A stretch of DNA of 63,998 nt, the filler included, from Malassezia furfur (Eukaryota): NCBI GenBank assembly GCA_052055015.1. It is 6 parts of 6 records of this genome, joined end to end, with 100 filler letters (N's around TTAATTAATTAA, not from the genome) between each part and the next. Parts side by side here need not be neighbours in the genome. Positions count along the whole stretch, not along the records: positions 46,300 to 57,580 come from JBQJIT010000361.1; positions 57,681 to 63,998 come from JBQJIT010000549.1; 4 more parts are not named here. One strand, written 5' to 3'. This document shows positions 55,165 through 63,998 of the stretch, one piece after another. Position 1 is the first letter of the stretch. Every line of letters starts with the position of its first letter. Both the position numbers and the translations under genes were made by a program. The notes beneath the pieces are model-generated. The model searched no databases, was not told the DNA's origin, and saw only the letters and a list, made by a program, of their open reading frames with translations.

Positions 55165-57580
55165 ATGGCGACGGTGCGACGCACGCAGGGTGCACGCCCT
55201 CCCCGCGTCGTGTCGGCGAGCGGTGCGCATCCCGCGCATCGGGTTGCGCCACGCGCAGCGTCGGCGAGCCATGCAGAATGCCGGCGCGGCGGAGAGGCGA
55301 ACATGAAAGTCGTCGTGCGCATTCGGTGCGTGTGTGCCGTCCAACTGACGCAGGGGCACGGCGGCCGATGGGGCGAATGTGCTGCAGACGACAGGGCCGC
55401 GTGGGAGCCAGGTGCATGTCGATGCGGACATGCCGAGTGCCGCATCGCACCTGCCCACGCTTGGCACGCAGCAGGGCAGTGGGCGGTCCAAGACGTATAC
55501 CTTTGACCATGTGTTCAGTGCGGAGGCGGACCAAGGGATGGTGTACCAGGACGTGGTGAGCGGTGTGCTGGACGAGGTGCTGCTCGGATACAACTGCACG
55601 GTGTTTGCGTACGGGCAGACGGGCACGGGCAAAACGTACGTGGTGTGGGGCGCTGACGCAGGCATACGATGGAGGGCGACCTGGCGTCGTACATGGGCAC
55701 CTTCGCGCCCGATGCGGGCATTATCCCGCGCACCCTGTTCCGTCTGTTCCATGTGCTGCGGGCGCGGACGGACGAGTTCAGCGTGCACATGTCGTTTGTC
55801 GAGCTCTACAACGAGGAGCTGCGGGACCTGCTCAGTGCCGAGAGCCCCACGCCGCTGCAGACCAGTGCGCTGCGCATGTACGAGGACAAGCACAAAGGGG
55901 TTGTGCTGCAGGGCCTGGAAGAGATCCCGCTCACGAGCGCCGAGCACGGATTGCGGCTTCTGCGCCGCGGGAGCCAGAAGCGGCACATTGCTGCGACGCG
56001 GTGCAACGAGAGCTCGAGCCGGTCGCACTGCGTGTTCACGCTGCATGTGCACGTCAAAGAGACGGGCGCGCGCGGTGAGGAGGTGCTGCGCACCGGCAAG
56101 CTGAACCTGGTGGACCTGGCGGGCTCGGAAAACATTGGGCGCAGCGGCGCCGAGAACAAACGCGCGCGCGAGGCAGGCATGATCAACCAGAGCCTGCTCA
56201 CGCTCGGGCGGGTGATCAACGCGCTGGTCGACGGCCAGGCGCACATCCCGTACCGCGAGTCGCGCCTGACGCGCCTGCTGCAGGACTCGCTGGGCGGGCG
56301 GACCAAGACGTGCATCATTGCGACCGTGTCGGACGACCGTGCGAATCTGGAAGAGACACTGTCGACGCTCGACTATGCGTCGCGCGCCAAGTCAATCAAG
56401 AACCGCCCCGAGCTGAACCAGCGCATGGCGCGTGCCGCGCTCATCCACGAGTACGTCGCCGAGATCGACCGCCTGCGTGCCGACTTGACGGCGACGCGCG
56501 AGAAAAACGGCGTGTACGTCGACGCGGACAACTGGGCACGCCTCGAGGCGGAGCGGGGCGAGCAGGCCAAGACGATCGACGAGCTGCGCCGCGCCAACGA
56601 GGTCGCGCAGAGCAAGCTCGCGAGCATGCACGAGCAGCTCGAGCAGAACACGCAGCTGCTCACGCAGCGCGACGCGGAGTGGAGCGCCGCCGAGACGCGG
56701 CATGCGGCGCGCATCGCCGAGGTCGAGGCGTCGCTGCAGCAGGTCACGCAGCTCTCCGGCGCGCTGCAGGAAGAGACGCGTCTGCACCGCGCGCGCGCAC
56801 GCAACGAGCAGCGCCTGTACGACCTCGCCGCGTCGCTGCACCGCGCCGCGAACGCGTCGTCGAGCGACATGGATGCGCTGCATGCCAAGCTCGAGCGCCG
56901 CGCCGCGAGCGAGGCCGAGGCGCGTGCGTCGCTCGCGCTCTTCTACGAGCAGATCGAGGGCGTGTGCGCCGCAGCGGACCGCGAGCCCACGGCGCTGCAC
57001 ACGAGCCGCGACGTGCTGCAGCGCGCCGTGCACGCCGAGCTCGAGCGCCTCGCACATGCGCTCGACGCGGCGCCCGAGGTGCCGGCGCGCGCGCTCGACG
57101 CCGTGCGCCGCGCGTTTGCGCAGCTCGAAAGCGAGCACGCCACGCTCGTGCAGTCGCTGCAGAGCGAGCTGCGCGAGGCCCACACGCGCCACGTCGACGC
57201 TGTGCACGCCGCCGCCACGCTTGTGCAGCACGTCGACCGGCGCGTCGGCGCGCTGGGCGAGCGCATGGACGCCCTCCAGCAGCACACACACGCGGCGTCG
57301 CACGCCGAGGTACAGCGTGCGACGCAGCACACCGAGCGCCTTGCGGCGCTCCTCGCGCAGGAGCACGAGCAGACGCACGAGCTGCGCCGGCGCGTGCTGG
57401 GCGTCGTCGATGCGTTTGACGCGGAGCGCGAGACGCGCTTCGCGCAGGCGACGCAGGCCGCCCACGCCGAGCTCGCGGCGACGAAGCGCAGCGTCGCCGA
57501 CGCGCGCCGCGTGCACACCGAGCACCATGCGGCGCTCGCGGCCGAGCGCGACGCGCTTGCGGCCGAGGCGCGGTGGGACG
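55165..57580 (+). CDS. Kinesin-5 (BimC/Cut7) motor, 5' part
   Basis: [61 protein letters not shown]. Introns 55326-55353 and 55636-55661. Confidence 0.92.
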
Positions 57581-57680
57581 NNNNNNNNNNNNNNNNNNNN
57601 NNNNNNNNNNNNNNNNNNNNNNNNTTAATTAATTAANNNNNNNNNNNNNNNNNNNNNNNNNNNNNNNNNNNNNNNNNNNN
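57581..57680. other. Artificial contig spacer
   Basis: N run with TTAATTAATTAA. Confidence 0.98.
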
Positions 57681-58249
57681 GCCGGCTCCGCGGCCATCTC
57701 GGACGCCGACGCCGTGCCTACGCTCGCGGCAGGGGCGTCGACGTGCACCGTAATGGTCGCCTCGCGGGCGGCGTGCACTTGGAATGCACGGAAGTCCTCG
57801 TTATCATCGAGATCAATGTACGTGCCATCGGGCGCAACATACGAGAGGCCGATGGCGACGTCGTGGGGAATACGGTATTTCTGTGCAACCATTTGGCGCA
57901 CGCTGGCCAGGGTAAACCCGGCGTCGAGGACGCGGTCGAACGCCTTACCGAACGGCGCACGGAACGCGACGATCGTCTTCCATGCCGACGTACTCAGGTC
58001 GCCGCCGGGCGCCGATAGCATCGACACGTTGGGATCGATCAGCGCGCGGTGTCGCGGCTTTTTCCGCTTCTGGGAGCCAGATTGGGATGGGGTGTTGTTC
58101 TGCGTCGGTGGATCGGTGCGCACCGAGACGGGCGTCGCAGGCGACTTGTGCTTGCGCTTGCCAGCAGCGTGGGGGGCGTACGGCGCATTCGGCTCGCTGG
58201 TCTTGCCAGCCTCGGACCCCGCAGACATGGGCGCGACGGGCGTGGACAT
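57681..58249 (-). CDS. Hypothetical protein with NLS-like stretches and a PB1-like segment, 5' part
   Basis: KRKHK, KRKKPR; LSYVAPDGTYIDLDDNEDF resembles the PB1 acidic (OPCA) motif; truncated by the gap. Confidence 0.5.
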
Positions 58250-58496
58250 CGGGGCTTGCGTCCAGATCCACAAATCCACACACCGGGCCCGAAACACACG
58301 CTACCACGTGACCGCGCGCGGCAGGGACGTGCGCTTCCAGCATGGTTGGGCGTGCGCATTGCCAAGGCGTGCGAGCCCGTAGACACTGGATTTAGCCGTA
58401 CGCTGTGAATGTGTGCGTACTTCACAGTGCTGCAGAGGGAGTACCGTCGTTCTAGGAGGCATCAGTCCATAGGCTATGTACACAACGGTAGGCCGA

Positions 58497-58927
58497 TCAG
58501 AAATCGACCGTGCGGCCACCGAACGCCCACTCCGACTTCCAGCGCAGCGGATCCTTCTTGGGACCACCGATCTCGCCCGTCTCAGGGTTTGTGTCGCCCT
58601 CAAAGTCCGCGCCAGGCCCTTGCAGCGCGTCGGGGTGTATGTTCACCGGATTGCCCTCCTCATCCTCAGTCACGAACGACGACTTGTCTGAACACGTTAG
58701 CAAAGCAACCTACTCTGGTTCTCGCGGACGAGGCGCTCAAACTCGAGCTGTTCCTCCTTCGGCAGCGGTGGCGGCCCTGCGCGCTGGAACGGATTATCAG
58801 AGTCGGAGCGCCGCACGATCGTCGTCATCAGGGTGCGCCGCGCCAACGCAGGTGTCATTACATTCCGAGGCATGCACACCCGGTGCGCACTGTGCGCGAA
58901 GCGAAGCGCCGTCATTGATCTCGTCAT
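58497..58927 (-). CDS. SDH8: Succinate dehydrogenase assembly factor 4
   Basis: GPPPLPKEEQLEFE, FEGDTNPETGEIGGPK.DPLR...W..GGRTVDF; intron 58688-58713. Confidence 0.88.
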
Positions 58928-58973
58928 GGTTCGTTAGGCAGGTATCAATCAAGTGGAGGCTCCACGCCACCGG

Positions 58974-61133
58974 CTACAGACAATGCGCTGGGCGCGCACG
59001 TGGAGGGCGAGGCGACGCGCGCGCGGCCGGCAGGCGCCCGGACGCGCCAACGCGCCCTGCGGGGCTCGCGGGCATTGGCGCGCGGGGAATAGGTGCACGC
59101 GCAGCCTCAGGGCGCGTGAGCGCTGTGCGTGCGCCCTCTGGCCGTAGAAGCGACGACCGGCGCCGCCGCTGCTGGGCAAACGAGATGCGCTGCCGCTGGG
59201 CGACCGGCACATTTTCCTGCTCACGCCCGACCGCAGGTGCCACGGCCTGCCGGCCCTTGGCGGGCCCGGGAACAAGCTGCGGGGCATCGCCGGGTGCCTC
59301 GTCGTCAACTGGGCGTGCCAAGGCGTCGAGGGGCACGCGCGTGACCCGTTTCAGGAAGGGCGACGGGCGCTCATCCTCGCTCACTAGGTGCCACTGCGGG
59401 TCCTGTGCGAGCAGACGCTCGCTCGGCGCCGGCGCTGATGCCGCACATGCCGGCTTGGTGGGTGTATCGAGTCCCGCAAGCACGCGGGTCGGCATGGGCG
59501 AGGCGGCGCTCTCGGCCTCAGGCAGGCTCTGTACGCGCCAGATCGTCGAGGCGTCCTTCATCGAGCAGTCGGACACGTCCGCCACGGCTTTCTGCTCAAT
59601 GTGCCGCAGGCGCGCAAGCGCCGGCAGCACAGGTGGCGCCGCGGCACGCTCGGCTGTCTCGCCCTCGTCGGACGCCTGATCCTCCCATTCGTCGGAGGGC
59701 GGCGTGTTGACGGACGGCGCACCGTCGACCGGGAGCATCGGCGTACCCTCGTCGGACGTACACCCTTTGGACATGCGGCGCGCGGTGCGTGGCGTGACCC
59801 GCAGCGGCAGCCGCCCTGGCATGGCTGGCCCGTCACTGAGGCGCCGCGCCGCTGCCTCGTCGCGCTGGGAAAGCTGCGCCTGCAGTGCCGCAATGTGGGC
59901 GTCTTTCTGGGCGAGTGTGTCTTGCAGCTGGACGCGTTCGCCGTGATACCAGTGCTCGTAGCGTTGCGTGAGCTCGGCCTGCATCGCCGCACACGCCTCT
60001 TCACGCTGCTGTACCTGAGCCTGCTGCGCCTCGAGCGCCCGCTCACGCTCCTCGACGTGCGCAGAAGTGCCCGCGTGCTCGAGCGCCGACTCGCGCGCCT
60101 GCACGGCCTGCTCGCGCGCCCCGACCGCGGCGGCCCGCGCCTCGACCTGCTCGCGCTCGCGTTGCACTTTGCGGTGCAGCTGCCCAAGCTCGTGCATGCG
60201 GCACGCCCACTTGATCTGGCGTACCTGGAGTAGCTGCCGCGTTGTGGGCCGGCGGCGGTGGTCGAGCTGGAGCATTGCGTTGACCGCGTCCTGCAGGTCG
60301 CGCGAGTAGGCGCGCGGCAGGGAGGGCACGACACCCTGCTTGATTTTCCGCGTGAGCTCCGCCTGGTTCGCGGCATCGAATGGCGGCGAGAGGGCACACA
60401 GCTCGTATACGATGCACCCGAGGGCCCAGATATCCGACTTGATGTCGTACTGCTGTCCCGATGCGAGCTCGGGGCTCATATAGTACGGCGTGCCGACGTA
60501 GGTGTTGGCGAACGCCTGTGCGGCGATCTGCTTGCTCAACCCAAAGTCGCCGAGCTTCACGTTCTGGTCCACGTCCAAGAACACGTTTTCGGGCTTCAAG
60601 TCCCGGTGCAGGATGGCGTGTGCGGTGCCGCGCGTTGTGCCGACGGCCGTATTGGGCGGCGCGCGGTAGTGGCACGCCTCGAGCGCCGCGGTCATCTGTG
60701 CAAAGTACGTCCACACTGTGTCTTCCGGGAGATGCGTGCGTGTGCGCCGGCACCGCTTGATGATGGTGCCGAGGTCGCCGCCCTCGCACAGCTCCATGAC
60801 AATGTAGAGAATGCTGGCGATGTCAGTGCCTCGTGCAGCCACTTACCCGTTCTCTGTATCCACATAACGCTCTTCGTAGCGCACCACGTTCTCATGGTGC
60901 AGCGTGCGCAGGATGTTCACCTCGGAGACGATGTGTTTGCGATCGCGCTCGTTCATGCGTTCGAAGTTGAGCTCCTTGCGCGCGAACAGGGCGCCGTCGG
61001 ATTTGCGCCGCACCTTGCGGATGAGCCCAAACGTGCCGCTGCCGATCACATCAAGTGCCTCGTATCCCTCAAGCACGTATGCCGACGCGGCGGAGGTCCG
61101 CCGGTCCGTCGCCCCGCTCGCGGCGTTCCGCAT
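58974..61133 (-). CDS. NimA/Kin3-family kinase with coiled-coil tail
   Basis: IGSGTFGLIRKVRR, ARKELNF, EVNIL, ILHRDLKPENVFL, DFGLSK, TYVGTPYYMSPE; intron 60814-60846. Confidence 0.92.
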
Positions 61134-61182
61134 GCCCACGACCACGAACAAACCAACACCCGCCGCCGGAGTAGGTGTTACT

Positions 61183-61203
61183 TTGCCACGTGGTGCACGT
61201 GAT
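61183..61203. promoter_or_regulatory. Tandem CACGTG element in the NimA/TBC divergent promoter
   Basis: TTGCCACGTGGTGCACGTGAT. Confidence 0.55.
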
Positions 61204-61399
61204 GACGCGACGCGTTGTGGATCGGCGCCAGCAATCTGGAGCCGCGCGCGCCGGGGGAGGCGCCCGACCTAATTTAATTCACGGCGCTGTTTGCGTGAAA
61301 TTCTATTCGCGCGCGGCCACTCCCTTGTTCCGATTGCGCGAATTCAAGCGAGGCGCTGGGGTACCTGGTTAGCGCGGACGGGCGATTGAACACATCGTC

Positions 61400-63940
61400 A
61401 TGGACGCGTACTCGCAGCGCGAGTGGTCGCGCTTTGCGATCGAGGAGGGCGGCGTCGGCACCTGCGTCGTGCAGCGCGACCTCGTCGACGACGGCTCGGG
61501 GCTGCTGACCTGCAGCGCGGGCGACACCGTCGTGGGTCTGTGCCGCATGTCGGCCGCCCCCGGCACCGAGGACCGCGGCGAGTATCTCTGGGCCTACCGT
61601 GCGGGCGCGCTTGGATTCGTGCCCTTCCACGACCTGGCGGTCCCGCATGCGCTGGGCAATCCCGGCGTGATCGCCGTCAATGCGGCGAGCGACGATGCCA
61701 TCGCGCCGCTTGACTCCCTATACATCAACGAGACGATGCGCGTGACGCGGCATCCCGGCGAGCGCGCGAGCACAGCGACAGCGCCTCCGTCGCCGCCCGC
61801 ACAGCAGCTCCAAACACCGCTCGCGTCGCAGTTTGCTGCCGACCAGCTGGCGACGCCGCGTGCGCCGCACGGCACGTGGGGAGACGCAAGTCACGTCGAG
61901 ACATGGGCTGGGCCGAGCGACTCGCTCGCGGCGCTGCGGACGCCCGACTCCGGGCGCGATACGCCGCCGGTCGGCACGGCGATCGATGCGTCAACGGGTG
62001 CGGGGCTGGACGCGCCGTTTGAGCTGGAAGACGCGTCACCGGCGCAGGCGATCTCCGAGGGGCAGGACGTGCCGACGCGTGCGACGCCGCGCAAGAGCCA
62101 GTACCGCCCGATGTCGATCCGCGAGAGTATGCTGTCACGTCAGGATGCGGCATCGCCCGACAGCGACGAGGTGTGGGGCGATTATGTACAGGGCCGCGAT
62201 CCGACCATGTCGATCTACGACGCCTACTTCCGCCCGTCGATGTACTTTGCCGCGATTGAGATGGACGACGCCTCGCGGAGCGCTCAGCCCACCTCGCCCA
62301 GCGACACCCCGCGAGCACCCGTCGCGGAGAGCGAAGTGTCATTCGACGTGAGCGTTGAGAGCGGCAGCTCGCTCGGCGAGCGCGGCGTCGACACCATGCT
62401 GCCGCCCGCGCAGGGCACGGACAAGAACCGCCTGTTGAACATGGCGTGGAGCGACGCGGGGGACTCCTCGTCCCTTTTGACGTCGCAGCGCGACTCGGGC
62501 AGCTCGTTCACGCAGAGCAGCATCGAGGTGCCGATCGCCGCGATGGAGGGCATGCGCGTCGGCAGCGCGCGCGATGCGGCGGCACTGCGCGCCGTCACGC
62601 CGCAGGACGAGGTCGCGAGCGATGCATCCCACAGCCCCCGCGGCGCGGAGCGCTATGCGCGGCTGCGCACAAGTACCGACCGGCCCTGGACGTCGGTGGT
62701 GACGAGTCCGCCGCGCGGCGCCAAGGCGATGCCGACGTCGCCGTCCAAGAGCATACTGCGTTGGTCGCCGCAGCGGCGTGCGCAGCGCGACGCGAACCTG
62801 GCCGACGACCGCGCCGAGACACGCAGCATGACGCCGTCGCACTCCTCCAGCAGCCTGTTCAGCTCGCCGCGCTCCAAGCTGTCGCAGGACCTGACGCGCA
62901 GCCCCCCCAAGAGCGAGGCGGCGCTCTTCCAGCGCTGGACGACACTGCTCACCGACCGCGGCAGCAGTTCGCGCACGCGGAAAAAGGCGCAGCAGCTCGT
63001 CGAGGTCGGCGTACCCGCAGCGCTGCGTGGCCGCGTGTGGCTGTTGCTCGCGGACAAGTATATGAATGTGCAGCCGGGCGTGTTTGCCGAGCTGTGCCAG
63101 CGCGCGCGCAAGGCGGCGATGAATCCGGAGCGTTATGCGTTTGCGCAGCTCATCGAGCAGGACCTCGCACAGTGCTTCCCGGTGCAGAAGCCGTTCCGCG
63201 GCGTGGATGGGTCGACGCGCGAGGACATCCGCCGGATCCTGTATGCATACGCCTACCACAACCCCGACGTGGGGTACACCGAGGGCATGTGCCTGCTCGT
63301 CGGGCTGCTCCTCACGCACATCCGCGTCGAGGACGCGTTTTGGCTGCTCGATGCGATTGTGCTGCACTATGGCCTGCAGCGGTGCTACGTCGGGAAGATG
63401 GAGCAGCTGCACGAGGACAATGTCGTGGTCGACGAGCTGCTCCGCCTCACCGACGAGGCCGTGTACCAGCGGCTGCAGGACTTGCGGATTGAGCCGATCA
63501 TGTTCCTCCCCGGCTGGATCCTGCCCCTGTTTGTGCGCACGCTGCCATGGCCGACGCTGCTGCGGTTCTGGGACCTGTTCTTGAGCCAGGGTTACGCATT
63601 TGTGCTGCGCACCGCCGTCGCCGTCATCCAGCTGACGCGCGCGACACTACTCAACACGCGCATCTGCCCAGGGCGCGCCGAGACGCTGTGCCAGCTCGTT
63701 TTTCTCGCCTCGCCGCCGCTCACGCCCGACCGTGTGCTCGAGTATACGCGCACACTGCCGATCACTGACAAGGAACTCGCGAAGATGCAGCGCAACGCTG
63801 CCAAGCTGGTACGCCAGACCGGGCCGACCGACACCCCGATCGAGGGGAAGGACGCGCCGCGTCCCACCGCGCTGCAAGGCAAACCAGTGTCGCGCGGGAC
63901 GATCCGTATGCTTTCCGGCCGGAGAAAGACACGTTCATAG
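61400..63940 (+). CDS. TBC (Rab-GAP) domain protein with N-terminal SH3-like segment; catalytic fingers substituted
   Basis: GVPAALRGRVW, IEQDLAQCFP, VGYTEGM, EDAFWLL, LFVRTLPW..LLRFWDLFL. Confidence 0.85.
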   Translation: MDAYSQREWSRFAIEEGGVGTCVVQRDLVDDGSGLLTCSAGDTVVGLCRMSAAPGTEDRGEYLWAYRAGALGFVPFHDLAVPHALGNPGVIAVNAASDDAIAPLDSLYINETMRVTRHPGERASTATAPPSPPAQQLQTPLASQFAADQLATPRAPHGTWGDASHVETWAGPSDSLAALRTPDSGRDTPPVGTAIDASTGAGLDAPFELEDASPAQAISEGQDVPTRATPRKSQYRPMSIRESMLSRQDAASPDSDEVWGDYVQGRDPTMSIYDAYFRPSMYFAAIEMDDASRSAQPTSPSDTPRAPVAESEVSFDVSVESGSSLGERGVDTMLPPAQGTDKNRLLNMAWSDAGDSSSLLTSQRDSGSSFTQSSIEVPIAAMEGMRVGSARDAAALRAVTPQDEVASDASHSPRGAERYARLRTSTDRPWTSVVTSPPRGAKAMPTSPSKSILRWSPQRRAQRDANLADDRAETRSMTPSHSSSSLFSSPRSKLSQDLTRSPPKSEAALFQRWTTLLTDRGSSSRTRKKAQQLVEVGVPAALRGRVWLLLADKYMNVQPGVFAELCQRARKAAMNPERYAFAQLIEQDLAQCFPVQKPFRGVDGSTREDIRRILYAYAYHNPDVGYTEGMCLLVGLLLTHIRVEDAFWLLDAIVLHYGLQRCYVGKMEQLHEDNVVVDELLRLTDEAVYQRLQDLRIEPIMFLPGWILPLFVRTLPWPTLLRFWDLFLSQGYAFVLRTAVAVIQLTRATLLNTRICPGRAETLCQLVFLASPPLTPDRVLEYTRTLPITDKELAKMQRNAAKLVRQTGPTDTPIEGKDAPRPTALQGKPVSRGTIRMLSGRRKTRS

Positions 63941-63944
63941 AGGG

Positions 63945-63998
<54 letters not shown>
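63945..63998 (+). repeat. Terminal poly(A) run
   Basis: 54 consecutive A to the window end, starting 4 nt after the TBC stop. Confidence 0.9.

Noticed and set aside
11564..57680. Five recurring TTAATTAATTAA elements in N runs
   Set aside because: Artificial concatenation spacers, not repeats or CRISPR; adjacency across them carries no meaning.

Overview
Eukaryotic DNA, not prokaryotic. The window is six unrelated fungal contigs joined by artificial 100-nt N spacers that carry TTAATTAATTAA. The very high gene density, high GC, Ustilaginomycotina-type genes and tiny introns best fit a Malassezia-like basidiomycete yeast (inference). About 33 genes or fragments are present. Most are housekeeping: ILV1, NUG1, CHD1, SEC24, VPS27, BNA4, HID1, ISA2, SNX4, FIS1, ODC, BNA3, PCP1, RPB4, WDR5, kinesin-5 and a NimA kinase. 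Most notable: (1) about 45 hand-mapped spliceosomal introns, mostly 22-33 nt with a floor at 22 nt, plus a 7-nt microexon; (2) a single-ORF fusion of a histidine phosphatase (Shb17-like) to thymidylate synthase; (3) a fusion of a CaMK-type kinase to an HSL/GDXG esterase; (4) a ferrichrome-type siderophore NRPS, missed by the ORF track, divergent from an ABCB exporter with GATA-like sites between them; (5) a Vps27 tail with 13 P[S/T]AP motifs; (6) a TBC protein lacking both catalytic fingers; (7) a 21-bp double-CACGTG element shared by two unrelated promoters; (8) overlapping or abutting coding sequences. All calls come from reading the sequence by eye; no searches were run.
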